Shown: positions 1 to 12,153 of the stretch, in pieces | Position numbering within the stretch: position 1 is the first letter of the stretch | How the letters are laid out: each line of letters opens with the position of its first letter | Source: Octopus bimaculoides | Taxonomy: Eukaryota | Length of the DNA stretch: 40,764 nt | Assembly (NCBI RefSeq): GCF_001194135.2 | Contig: NC_068995.1 | Coordinates: 21,116,570-21,157,333 of the forward strand | Reading direction: 5' to 3' | Translations under genes and position numbers: made by a program | The notes under the pieces: model-generated | What the model saw: only the letters and a program-made list of their open reading frames with translations | What the model was told of the DNA's origin: nothing | Databases searched by the model: none

Positions 1-222
<222 letters not shown>

Positions 223-430
223 TTATGTGTGTGTACGTGTGCGTATATATGTGTATAACTGCGTGTGTATATATGAGTGTGTTTTTGTAAATATATAACA
301 CTGTAGATCTTACAAAAATATACGGATTAATATTTACCTTATCTTTCGTCGAAACGTGTGACTGTAGATAGAGTTTGATCGATAGCTAGTCAGATAAAAT
401 ATATACATACGTACATACATATAAATACAT

Positions 431-457
431 GTGTATATATATATATATATATACACA

Positions 458-529
<72 letters not shown>

Positions 530-558
530 CTATATATATGTATGTGTGTGTGTGTATA
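431..558. repeat. (TA)n-(TG)n compound microsatellite
   Basis: Directly visible; accounts for the YIYI/CVCV/HTHT ORFs at 334-665. Confidence 0.95.
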
Positions 559-988
559 CACGAGTGTGTGCCTGTACACAAGCATACAAACCTTCACGTA
601 TACATATTAGCATATATATTTTCGCAGAAAGATTGCCAGAAAATGTGTTGAATTGGGAAGGGTGAGGAGAGTACAGGGAGAAAAAAGAAAAAGAAAACAA
701 AGGCAGATAACGACAGAAATGTACAATTATTACTGTATATAGTTGCTACACGTATACGAGGTGTTTTGTTTTGTTCAAAAATACAACCGTAGAATTCTGA
801 TTTTCTTTACAAGAAAGAGGCTGATGTGTAAATAGTATAATTAAGATGTCATTGAATATCTATTTGTAGTTCGGATTATCATAATTAGATGTAATTGAAA
901 CGTGTTTTGAATTTCACTGAAAATTGCTTACTGTTACCACATCTGAGATACATGTACATTTTCATATATATATAAATATATATATATA

Positions 989-1131
989 NNNNNNNNNNNN
1001 NNNNNNNNNNNNNNNNNNNNNNNNNNNNNNNNNNNNNNNNNNNNNNNNNNNNNNNNNNNNNNNNNNNNNNNNNNNNNNNNNNNNNNNNNNNNNNNNNNNN
1101 NNNNNNNNNNNNNNNNNNNNNNNNNNNNNNN
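989..1131. other. Assembly gap (N run)
   Basis: 143 N. The other gaps are 9050-9416, 13910-14097, 16956-17578, 27548-27712, 30481-31181, 36275-36690 and 39177-39603. Confidence 0.99.
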
Positions 1132-1172
1132 CGACACAAATTTATGTACATACGTATCATATATATATATAT

Positions 1173-1203
<31 letters not shown>

Positions 1204-2966
1204 CGCTTATACATCTTATATATACATACATACAAACATATGTACACACATACACACAAACACACACACACACCTACGCACACAAACACCAACATATTTA
1301 CATATATTTACATAAGATAAAACAAAAATTTGAAATTGAAAAGTACTCGTATTTATACCAAATTCTGCAATTTGGAAATAAGACACTCCTTATGTATAGA
1401 ACAAGTTAAATATTAGCTTCTCATAATCCTTAAAGATCAAAGACAATTTGCTGTGCATTCAAGAACATCACTGTCTTTCTTAGGATTTGGCTGAATGAAA
1501 AACCGAATTTCATCTATGAAATAAATTCCTAGCAGGCACTAACAAATTCTGAGGAGGTTTCATGACGTGAATGCACGAAACTCAAGTTCGCTATTTACAC
1601 CATATCTTTGCACAATTTTGTTTATATATATGACCTTTTTGGAAACCTCCATTATAAAATATAATGTATCACTGACCATCTCATCGTTGCCAATCATATA
1701 GTCTTTCAGTCGGCTATTCATTATCAGCCACTATTTTGCCATCTGGCTGCATTACTGAAGCAAAAACATATCCGCTAAATAAATTATATAATAAAATACT
1801 CTCAAAGGGAATAATATATTTGATGGTCTTCATTATGGACAGGGAATTTGAAACCAGTAAAGGGGATCCTTATTTTTCTAAACACAAAACTACAGTAAAA
1901 CTACATTCAACGATGCCTCATTTCGTGTACCTACCATATACAAGGAACCTGCGATCTGCGATTGACTGTTTTGCAGTTTAAGTTGATATTCCTGTTTCCC
2001 CTGTTACAAACGGAAGTTAATCACTGGCTGGAAGTGAGGTGTAATTGGCTTTTGTATATATTTTACTCACAATTCATATTTATTTGCGAAAAGTAATTTT
2101 TGTATCTACCAAAATGTGCGTGATCCATGTTGATAACATCATTGTATTCTGGATGAAAGAGACTTCTTCAGAATTGATTGAATACCATGAAAACAAAATA
2201 AAAAAGAAACTGCTAACCATATAAAACTGGAAATTGAGTGTTTAAATGGAAAAAAGTAAAATAAATGAAGAGATTCATGAAATGGATTGAGAATAATACG
2301 TGTTAACAGACATATGTGTAGTCAGGTAATATATAAAATTCGACAACAGTAGCTAAAGATGAACCTACTCTGTAGCATAAGTGAAGCTAAACATGAACTA
2401 GGAGTGGGTTTTCTTGTTTAGAAAAACATCTTAAAATCTAATTTACCTTTTCGTGCACTAAATGTTCCTGTTTGTAGGTAAATAAGTAGAAGTGTGTTCG
2501 TGCATGATTGTGTTTGTATGCGTATGTGTTTTTTGTGCGCGCTTGTGTGTGTGTGCATGTGTATGTATACACACATATGATCATACAATCATGACAAAAA
2601 CATCCACATATACACGCATATACATACACAACTATATTTTTACATATATACGTATATAAAATATACACACATATATCTACCTTCACACATACCAACCTGC
2701 ATATATGCATACACACACATACACACATACATACATATATACATATATAAACACACACATACATACACACATATACATAGAATTATAGGATTGTTCTTTT
2801 AGTGTATGAATTCATTTCTGCCTAAATATTGATATGAACGAAAGATTAGAAGAACTCTGCGATTCCTTCTCGATCTTCCACCGCTTCTCTATCTCGTGCA
2901 TTCACACACATGCAAATACATACTCATCACTCCCTTTTCTCCTTCCTCTCTGTTTTATGTGAGTGT

Positions 2967-2968
<2 letters not shown>

Positions 2969-3057
<89 letters not shown>
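2969..3057. repeat. (CA)n microsatellite
   Basis: Uninterrupted CA run of about 44 units. Confidence 0.97.
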
Positions 3058-3059
<2 letters not shown>

Positions 3060-3624
3060 GGAACCTAAAAAAAGCCTTCATTGATTATATGTCACCGTTT
3101 TATCCGCTGTAAATATATGAACAGTAGACATTCTGTTGTCAAAAGGATGCGAATACTATGTAAAAAAACAGTCGCAGATTTGCAGTAAATATTTGTCAAC
3201 GTCCGGGATGAACAAATGAATGTCTACAGAGAGTCGTTAAAATACATCTCTTTTGTTTTATTTCGTTATTTGTTTGGATATAGTTGCCTTAACAAATCGA
3301 TAAGAAGCATACAACTGCTGGTTGTTCTTGATTATAGGGAAGACCTCGACCCCTTTCTTGTAGCGATGTTTGCTCACTCTTAAAGATAGGACTTGAAAAT
3401 AGCTCAAAGATAGAGCTCACACTCATTAGGTATATCACTATTTTTACTTGCGGTTATCGTTACTTTTATTTATATTTATTTTACTGCATTTCTTTTTTTT
3501 AATTACGTGAACTAAAAAGACATTGTGACCACTGAAGTTCCTATTGTTTGTTTTAGAACTGAATGGGTAAACAATAAAAATTCCTTAATTAGCCTAGTAA
3601 ACTAATCATCATTTAGAGGGGTTA

Positions 3625-3850
3625 AGGCGGTGAACTGGTAGAATCGTTAACACGGCGGGCGAAATGCTTAGTGAGATTTCTTCCATCTTTACGGTCTGAG
3701 TTCTTCCCTATAATCAAGAACAACCAGCAGTATGGTATTTGCCTTTCATTCTTTCTGGGGTCGATATCAGGTGCCAGTTGAACACTGGGTCAATGTAATT
3801 GAGTTAATCCTCTCCTGAATCTACTAGCCTTGTACCGAAATTTGAAATCA
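3625..3850 (+). mobile_element. tRNA-derived SINE, family A, carrying a 30-bp foreign insertion
   Basis: Head AGGCGGTGAACTGGTAGAATCG; central TTTGCCTTTCATTCTTTCTGGGGTCGAT; tail GCCTTGTACCGAAATTTGAAATC. Aligns by eye with copies at 13650-13863 and 25046-25230. Confidence 0.85.
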
Positions 3851-3866
3851 TTATTAAGAGGGGATG

Positions 3867-4070
3867 TAAGGCAGCAGAATCATTACTACACCAGAAAAAA
3901 ATGCTGAATGGTATCTCTTTCTCGTTTACCGTTTTGAGTTCAAATGTTGCAAAGATAGACTCTGCCGTTCATCCTTTCGGGCTTCATTTAATAAGTACGT
4001 AGCTCACTGGCGTCTGTGTCGCATCCATTCCCCTAAAACTGCAGGCCTTGTGACAAAATTTGAAACCATT
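3867..4070 (+). mobile_element. tRNA-derived SINE, family A (diverged, tandem to the previous copy)
   Basis: B-box-like GAGTTCAAATG; TTCATCCTTTCGGG; AATAAGTAC; tail GGCCTTGTGACAAAATTTGAAACCA. Confidence 0.8.
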
Positions 4071-4420
4071 ATTTAGAGGGGCGAGAATAATCAGTTAAAT
4101 CCATTACGTCGTTTAAAATGTCATTATTAATTCAGTACTGAAACTGTATTCTTGAGCTTATTAAAAATGAATTAAACAGAAAATAATACTAATGATTTGA
4201 GAGTTAAAGTAGTTAGAGCATTATGGTGCAATGTTCTGAAAATATGACATTTAGGAATTATAGTTCTTGGAGATTGACATCCTAATCAAGATGCAAGACG
4301 ACTTATTTGTAATAGCGTCGATTTTTAGACACCATTAACTTTTACTTTATTTTGCTTTTGTTTTTAAAATAAACTTCGAAACTTTAGTGACTTAGAAGTT
4401 ACGGTTCATTTTATATTGCA

Positions 4421-4647
4421 TCTTTTACATGTTTCATTCATTAGCTTACGGCCATGCTTGGGCATCGCCTGGAAAAATTCTTAGTCGAACGAATCGACCC
4501 CAGGGCTTATTGTTTTTTTTTTTTAACGCGTGGTATTTATTCTACCGGTCATTTTGACGAAACGTTCAGTCACGAGGACGTCAAAAGACCAGCACAGATT
4601 GTCAAGTGGTAAGAAACACACAGACGCAATCACACACAGATGCAATC

Positions 4648-4679
<32 letters not shown>

Positions 4680-4748
4680 ATACACACACACACACATACA
4701 CACAGACGCACATACACACACACACGCATATATACACCCACCCACACG
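4421..4748 (-). mobile_element. SINE family B, 3' half plus internal (CA)n
   Basis: Reverse complement aligns with the 3' half of the well-preserved copy at 17579-17880 (blocks ...GTCGAACGAATCGACCCCAGGGCTTATT and GGCCATGCTTGGGCATCGCC). Confidence 0.8.
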
Positions 4749-5129
4749 TAAGTTATATAGATATTTTCAAATACTGTTTCAAATAATTTTATTGTATTTT
4801 ATAGTAGATTTTTAAATGCATATATTATTTTATTGGATATAACTTTCTATGTGTATTCCATACAATCAGGTTATCCTGAAATAGGAGTTGTGGTTCTGTT
4901 GGTAAAATCCCAAATTTGTAATATTATATATATATATATATACATCCTAAAATGGTTTCGAAGGATATATAATCCTGGCGGTTTCCGTGTTAACTCTTGA
5001 ATCGGTTCTGAATACTGGTGATACTGAAGTTAGTGAAAATTTACTAGACTCGGTTATTATCCCCGTTTGGTAAATCCAAAGGATCATTTAGAGACAGCAT
5101 CGTTTCCGTTTCATCAATATATAGAAATA

Positions 5130-5359
5130 CAGAGTAAAATTTATTAAATAAATAATTTATACCAGTGGTTAGCAGTGCTATCTTTCTTTTTCGTGGTTTG
5201 GGCCTTGACTGTCCTTTCTAGCATGTAAGGAGTCCACATAGCGGTCTCCTCTCCGTGTATAAATTCTTCTACATTATTATAAATATATTTATGTCTTTTG
5301 ACTTTTATTACGCATGCTAACCACTAGTATAAATTATTTATTTAATAAGTTTTACCCTG
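5130..5359. mobile_element. MITE-like element with about 45-bp terminal inverted repeats and TA flanks
   Basis: TA|CAGAGTAAAATTTATTAAATAAATAATTTATACCAGTGGTTAGCA (5130-5174) versus TGCTAACCACTAGTATAAATTATTTATTTAATAAGTTTTACCCTG|TA (5315-5359); 3 mismatches by hand. TA-CAG...CTG-TA ends are typical of Tc1/mariner derivatives. Confidence 0.65.
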
Positions 5360-5811
5360 TATTTATATAGTTAGATATTTAAATACTTCGGCAGATCATA
5401 CACGGTTGAATTCATTTACTACTGTTATACACTGCACGTTGGTTGAGGGCATTCGATTTGAATTCTTGATGTATAAAGATGGCACTAAATGCTTTATCTG
5501 TGTTTTGTTTTCGTTACGTATTATAGTTTCATAATCATGCATTCTTCAGCGATTCTACGGACACGCCACAGGTGGTTAATTTATCAATTAATTTACTAAT
5601 TAATCGATTTATTTGAACATTAATGGTGAAACTTATGGATATAGAGTTTACTGAGATTTTTTATTCATTCAAGTGTTCTACCCGCTTACAAACAGCGTGC
5701 AATAAGTAAACATATTTCTTTTCGTGGTTTGGGCTTTGACTGCCCTCTCTGGCATGTAAGGAGTTCACATGGTGGTCTCCTCTCCATGTATAAATTCTTA
5801 TACACTATCAT
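5183..5811 (+). repeat. Direct repeat pair of about 97 bp (5183-5280 and 5715-5811)
   Basis: Both begin TTTCTTTT(T)CGTGGTTTGGGC and end ...TAAATTCTT.TACA.TAT.AT; 11 substitutions (10 transitions) and one indel by hand. Confidence 0.92.
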
Positions 5812-5824
5812 ATCATATGTATAT

Positions 5825-5966
5825 ACGACGGGCTTCCAGTTTCAAGGCTTTTGTCGATCGGCGACTATTGTAGAAAACACTTGCTCAAGGTGACGCACAG
5901 AGGGCTGAACCTGGAACCGTGTCGTTGGGAAGCAAACTTTTTACCATACAACCACGCCTGTGCCTA
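5825..5966 (-). mobile_element. SINE family B, tRNA-like head and CORE-like block
   Basis: Plus-strand GACGGGCTTCCAGTTTC...AAACACTTGCTCAAGGTGAC...GCTGAACCTGGAACC...ACCACGCCTGTGCC matches the heads at 7153-7315 and 7600-7739. Confidence 0.85.
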
Positions 5967-6302
5967 TGAAAAATACAGAAGTAAATAAATAAACGAGACG
6001 GTTAAAATGTTTACAGCTGTAGTCTTCTTTTTTTAATCTATGAATATAATGTGTTTACTTTTGAAGTTTCTAATTATATTTTGTTGTTATTTTAATGATA
6101 TTTTCGTTCTGAATAATTGAAATTGAAACAGCAGTATCTCGACTTTTCAGAAAATGAAATGACTAGTGTTTCCAAATGTAGACAAATTTATTTATGCTCT
6201 GAGAATGAAAATAAAATAGATTTTCATTAAATAAAGGTATTGTAGCAGTAAATCCTCTGAATTGAATCACATTCTAATTTCAAAAAATGAACGAGTGAAG
6301 TT

Positions 6303-6428
6303 AGGGTGACAGCGTAGTAAGAAATGTGCTCCCAACCACATGATTCTAGGTTCTGTCTCACTGTTTGACACCTTGGGTAAATGACTTCTTCATTAGCCTT
6401 CAGTAGACCGAAATCTTGTGTATATTTA

Positions 6429-6465
<37 letters not shown>

Positions 6466-6646
6466 TTGTCTCCCACCTCCTCTTGAGAACCAGTAATTGT
6501 GTGTTTACGTCCTCGTTACTAAGCAGTTCGGCAAAAGAAAAAGTACCAGGGTTAGAAAATAATAATAAATACTTGGGTCGTTTCGTTCGACTAATATTCT
6601 TCAAGGTGGTGCCCAAGAATAGGTGCAGTCTAATGATTGAAAGACA
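6303..6646 (+). mobile_element. SINE family B, near full length, diverged, internal (TG)n
   Basis: Head CCCAACCACATGATTCTAGGTTCTGTCTCACTG, CACCTTGGGTAAATGACTTCT, (TG)n, TGTGTTTACGTCCTCGT...GTTCGGCAAAAGA, tail AAGGTGGTGCCCAAGAATAGG. Confidence 0.8.
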
Positions 6647-7152
6647 CAGGAAATTCTTTTGTTTCTTGAGCTTCAGTTTCTAACACAGAAGCATTCAAAT
6701 CATGGAAGTCCACATGTTTTTCCTTTGGAAGTAAAAAAAAAATAAATAAATAAATAAATAAAAAAAACTGGAGATGAATGGAAATTAAGAAGTAAAACGG
6801 CTTAACCGATTAATATCTGACCCGCTAACAGCCTTAAAAAAGCAACTACAAGCTAAAACTTATAAATTAGCATAGGTGTTAAAGAAGGCATTCAGTCGTT
6901 CGAATTTGTTTCGATAACAGCTAAATATCCACAAAATTATAGTCGATCATCTCATTACATGAAGTATTGCACGTGATGACTCATTTTCTAGAAATAAGTA
7001 AGATATTAATGAGCAGGAAAGGGATCCCTAGAACCCAGAATAATAACAGATTAAGCTTTAATTGGGAACTTCTATATAGTCCATACCCTTTTCTGTCCAT
7101 TGTATTCATGCTACCAAAATTGTTATGTATTTTATTTACAAATACACCCCCA

Positions 7153-7315
7153 AGACAAGTTTCTTTCAGTTTCCGTCTACCAAATCCACTCACAAGGATT
7201 TAGTGAGCCCGAAGCTATAGCAGAAGACACTTGCCCAAGGTGCCACGCAGCGGGATTGAACCCGAACCCACGTGGTTATTAAGCAAGCTATTTATCACGC
7301 AGCCACTCCTGCGCC
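7153..7315 (-). mobile_element. SINE family B, 5' half
   Basis: TTTCTTTCAGTTTCCGTCTACCAAATCCACTCACAAGG...GACACTTGCCCAAGGTGCCACGCAGCGGGATTGAACCCG...GCAGCCACTCCTGCGCC; the first block is the reverse complement of the start of 17579-17880. Confidence 0.9.
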
Positions 7316-7340
7316 CTGTTATATTTTTTGTCATTTTAAA

Positions 7341-7461
7341 GCCTGGTACTTATTCTATCGCTCCATTTTTGGCAAACCGATAGTTTACAGGGAAATAAAC
7401 ACACCAGCACTGGTTCTCAAACGGTAGACGGGGACAAACACAGATACGACAAACACAGATA

Positions 7462-7497
<36 letters not shown>

Positions 7498-7552
7498 ACA
7501 CGTACACACATACACACACACACATTCACACACACATACACACACACACGCG

Positions 7553-7589
<37 letters not shown>

Positions 7590-7739
7590 ACATATATATA
7601 CACGACGGGCTTTTTTCAGTTTTCGTTTACCAAATCCATTCACAAGGATTTGCTCGGCCCGAGGCTATAGTAGAAAGCACCTGCGCAAGTAGACATGCCA
7701 TGGGTCTAAACTTCTTACCAGACAGACACGCCTGCGCCT
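7341..7739 (-). mobile_element. SINE family B, head through body, 3' tail missing, expanded internal (CA)n
   Basis: GGTACTTATTCTATCG...AAACACACCAGCACTGG...GGACAAACACAG-(CA)n-CGACGGGCTTTTTTCAGTTTTCGTTTACCAAATCC...CACGCCTGCGCC. Confidence 0.88.
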
Positions 7740-8182
7740 ATATGTGTAGTCTCTGTTTGAAACCGGAAAACAAAAAGTAAAAAATCTCCCAAAACAAAGA
7801 ATTTTATTGGTTTTATACTGCTGAAATTTTATCCGTAATTTTCAAAAGAATAATGAGGTATGACACCAGATATGGAGAGAAAAGAAACAAAATCTTATAG
7901 CTTGGGAAACGCTGGCTGCATCAAGAAGATATATATCTTCAATATATTGGCTCGTGCGAACTAAACAAAATACGCAGTAAGCAGCGGACTTTTACAAAGT
8001 ATGTTCTTCAAGTTAACTTCACTATTTAGCTTGTCAGTGCCTCCTGTGGAAATCATTCTACCACAATCTTTCGGGCTATGTATCCGACATACGTTTAATT
8101 TCCGTCACCCGCATCAGAAACACTGCAAAAGTTCACGAGAGTTGCTCCTCTTCCTCTGAGTACTCTTGTGTGAATGTGGAGT

Positions 8183-8205
8183 TAGATAGATTAATAGATA
8201 GATAA

Positions 8206-8269
<64 letters not shown>
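8183..8269. repeat. (GATA)n microsatellite
   Basis: Directly visible; source of the YLSI ORFs. Confidence 0.96.
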
Positions 8270-9503
8270 GGAGAAATGGGGGAGAAAGTTGGGTAGATAC
8301 ATCGACAGGTTGATTGATAGATAGTGAGAAAGGGAAATAAATGCATACACACATGCGTATACCGTTCTTTGACCCACACACTTATGCATGCCCTTCTATG
8401 ACGCACGATTAGGAAGAAGGCAACGTTATGTAAAAAAAATATCTCGGAATATAAAAGGCGAACTCTGATTGTGCTTCACTAAATATTTAGATGTCATCAC
8501 CCTCAAAATGCTAAGCTGGAAACAGCGTGGCGAATAAATATCTCCCTAAATGAAGTGACGTGCGAATAAATAAATAAATGAATAAATAAATAAATATAGA
8601 CCCTGCCACCTAAAGAACACATTTCTGAGGGGAAAATTTCCATTGATAAATGGATATTGATAAACGTAAAATAAATGACAAAGCAAAAATCTACACTGCG
8701 CTTGACTTGCTACAGGTATTTCAATGAGGAGATAGAAAAGATATACAGACAATAGAAAATGAAAACTCTGGTTCCGGAGTTTACACGGCATTTCGCAAAT
8801 TTCTCAGCAGAGGAGAACCTAACCAAATATCAGACAAATCAAATAATCTCATTTGTACATTTGTAGAAGAAAGAGAATAGCAAAGATAAAAGAAAAACGA
8901 AAAAAGAATGAAAACAATTGCATAAAAATCTAGAACACAAATAAAGTTTATAATCAGAGAAATAACTTGGAAGTCAGAAATGTGAGTGAAAGAGAGAGAG
9001 AAAGTGCGTTCGATAAGACACACACGCACGTATGTATATATGTATATATNNNNNNNNNNNNNNNNNNNNNNNNNNNNNNNNNNNNNNNNNNNNNNNNNNN
9101 NNNNNNNNNNNNNNNNNNNNNNNNNNNNNNNNNNNNNNNNNNNNNNNNNNNNNNNNNNNNNNNNNNNNNNNNNNNNNNNNNNNNNNNNNNNNNNNNNNNN
9201 NNNNNNNNNNNNNNNNNNNNNNNNNNNNNNNNNNNNNNNNNNNNNNNNNNNNNNNNNNNNNNNNNNNNNNNNNNNNNNNNNNNNNNNNNNNNNNNNNNNN
9301 NNNNNNNNNNNNNNNNNNNNNNNNNNNNNNNNNNNNNNNNNNNNNNNNNNNNNNNNNNNNNNNNNNNNNNNNNNNNNNNNNNNNNNNNNNNNNNNNNNNN
9401 NNNNNNNNNNNNNNNNAAAAAGAAGTAAAAAGAAGTAGTCTATAAAATGAATGACATGAAACTATTTCAGGCCCGTAGCTCGTATATGCAAAATGTTATC
9501 GTA

Positions 9504-9506
<3 letters not shown>

Positions 9507-9556
<50 letters not shown>

Positions 9557-9575
9557 TGTGTGTGTGTGTGTGTGT
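9507..9575. repeat. (TG)n microsatellite
   Basis: Directly visible. Confidence 0.96.
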
Positions 9576-9577
9576 AT

Positions 9578-9709
9578 TAGGGTGGTAAGCTGGCAGAAAA
9601 GTTAGTAGTATTTCGTCTGTCTTTACCTTATGAGTTAAAATTCCGCCGAGTTCGACTTTGCTTTTCATCCTTTCAGAGTCAATAAATTAAGTACCAGTTG
9701 CCCACTGGT
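9578..9709 (+). mobile_element. SINE family A, internally deleted and 3'-truncated
   Basis: GGTAAGCTGGCAGAA...GAGTTAAAATTCCGCCGAGTTCGACTTTGCTTTTCATCCTTTCAGAGTCAATAAATTAAGTACCAGTTG. Confidence 0.85.
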
Positions 9710-10529
9710 CTCATCTTTACAGGGGTTGATGAATGCATTTTATAAAACGGTAAACAAATCCTTAAATAGAATTGGTAACAACAGCCAAGTATTAATATTT
9801 GATTGAGCTGTAAGCATAGCACTCACATGTACACAAAGCCTGAGGAATGCATACATATATATGTATTTATGTATATCTGAGCATCTATTCGTGTAAAAAA
9901 AAAATTACGTTGTATGTTTGTACTACAACAAACACGTGATGATAATTGCACTATAGCTACACAAAAAAGGATTTGTTGAAGTAGTTGCTTGTGTCATACC
10001 GAATCCAGGAGAATACGATAAAATTCTTTCTTCACGTGAACATACCGTGTTTTATTCTCAAGTAATGTATCAAGGGTTACATTATCTAAAGTGTCTTACA
10101 AGTTTTGAGACAGCAGGATACGATTTTCAGTAGATTTGGCTTATATTTCTAGCAGGTGACCCAAGTTCTTAGTGTTGTTAATGGTGTGTGTGCAGTACTA
10201 ATGGAGAACGAATTGAAAAGAACGATCTCTACTAAAGAAGAGAATATATTCTCTCAACACCACCTCTCTCTCTCTTTCAGTCTATCGCTTTTTCTATCAC
10301 ACGTAGACATGAACATAAATCACACACATGCACACAAACGCAAATGTTGTCCAACATAATTTACAAGACAGCATCAGCACAAGATGAATTATGAAGAAAA
10401 TAACACGCATAACAGCAGTAGAACGAGCGGTAATATGGTGGACAATAAAAGAAAGAAACAACGATAATAAATATATACAATGTAGACATAACGCTAACAA
10501 ACTGGCGGCCGGAGATAGTAGAATGTCTC

Positions 10530-10605
10530 CACCCTAGTACTTAACTGGTGGTTACTTTATCGACTTCTGCTCAGTGTAACTATACTCCGCAAAGCATTTT
10601 ATTCG
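10530..10605 (-). mobile_element. Highly decayed SINE family A fragment
   Basis: CCCTAGTACTTAACTGGTGGTTACTTTATCGAC and CCGCAAAGCATTT resemble the reverse complement of family A blocks. Confidence 0.4.
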
Positions 10606-10944
10606 CTGCTCTATTGATTGTTCCATCCACTGCCTTCCATAAACGACAATAACTACATCAGACTACTAAATCAGCTTTCCTACAGGCAGTATCAGATGGA
10701 ATACTGCTGCGACTATTAAGATGTATCGAAAATATTTGGACATTAGAAGGATGAAATTAGTGGAACTTCATTAATCGCTAGGCTACAACAGCACAGTGTA
10801 ACGTATTCAGTATAACTTACAACAACATTGAACTATAATATTTCAGAACGACGTTATGCTAAACAATAAGATCATCTAACGAAGCTACACAGCAATGTTA
10901 CGCAACGTTTTAGTGTAACGTTACGCTATAAGACATAATCAATT

Positions 10945-11220
10945 TTCCAAGAGTTTACTTGGAAGCCGTCCCGAATACGACTAGGTTCGAACTAGTTTTC
11001 GTTGCCTCGATCGCTGTGATGCTCAGTAGCATTTGTCGGGTGATCAAAGTAAACGGTCAACTCACGGAAACGTTTTGCAATATATATTCGGTCAGTTATG
11101 GCATCACCTTTCTCCTCTTCTGGCCCTCGAGCGTAGGAAACTGGAACGGGTGAGAAACATCCTTTTCAAATTGGGACTCGGTTTATGCAGACGACGTCAC
11201 CATCATTATGCTGGACGCCA
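10945..11220 (+). mobile_element. L1/Tx1-type non-LTR retrotransposon reverse-transcriptase fragment (frameshifted)
   Basis: Three frames join to YLEAVPNTTRFELVFVASIAVMLSSICRVIKVNGQLTETF...SPLLALE...KLERVRNI...VYADDVTII. YADD is encoded at 11184-11195. Matches the L1/Tx1 pattern 'V.VNG.LS..F....SVRQGCPLSPLL..LALEPL....YADDV'. Confidence 0.8.
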
Positions 11221-12060
11221 CGGAAGGGAAATGTTTGATGTCTCACGAATTTTAACCCAAGATAAAGGAAAGGAAGTGGGAAGACAGAAGGGGATACGGG
11301 GATACCTAAATTGTTTATATCCCTTCATGTATCTTACTTGAGAAGGATGGATTGTCTAGTAATAGACATTGCTTGTAAGACGGTTATAAAAATCTTCGAG
11401 TCTTTAAATACCCTTACAAAATAATGGCTGATGTCCTAAAATAGTTACACGAAACAGGGATTGTATCACGTGCCTGTGCATGTTCCTTTACACGATCTTG
11501 CACGAGAAGAAATTTGGGGTTTCAAATGGGAAAGCACATGAGACTTTACGACTTATATTAAGATTAATACAACTCTAGAATGTAGCATGATTCTATAGAT
11601 AGGGTGTAGCTCTTGAGAATATGGTCCATCGAATAATTAGGACATAAATCAACGTCAGCTGGATTCGAACTCAGACCATGCCGGTGCACTAATTTTATAG
11701 GAAGATATGCATAAATATATAGAGCTTGCAAAATCTGTGATAAAGTGAATACCTTACATACGATTTGATGATGTTAATGGAGAAATAAACAGCAGTCAAA
11801 CATCATCAGGTTTGTGAGGGAAAATGCGATTGACCTTATCTCACAACACAATAGTGATATGGCGTTTACAGAATTTTCTTATACTTGCTACTTTGTATTA
11901 CGATCAACGTAGGGCACATATAGTTACACTAACGCAGAAAATATTCATCAATGTCATCGTTTTCCCCACTAACAGTTGGAGAGAACAGACACGCCTTCCC
12001 GACTGTTTGTGCAATTAACCGAATGTGCACGATGTCTGACTATGGAATTCGAGTCGCAAC

Positions 12061-12153
12061 GTAGTACAAGACACTTGAAGTGCAACACATTGGCATCGAA
12101 ACTGGAACCACGCCGTAGTAAATAGAACATCTTAATTACACAGACGTACCTGC
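12061..12153 (-). mobile_element. Decayed SINE family B head
   Basis: GTAGTACAAGACACTTG...CATCGAAACTGGAACCACG...ACACAGACGTACCTGC parallels the head at 7153-7315. Confidence 0.5.

Noticed and set aside
2110-2225. 'VIHVDNIIVF' resembling an LTR-retrotransposon YVDD motif
   Set aside because: No other RT motifs nearby; compatible with chance.
4950-4990. Stem-loop AGGAT-TATAT-ATCCT followed by CGAAAC on the minus strand (half hammerhead)
   Set aside because: No CUGANGA upstream of the stem.
6870-6910. Possible Nin-domain-like SINE fragment (TAGGTGTTAAAGAAGGCATTCAGTCG)
   Set aside because: Too short and divergent to call without alignment.
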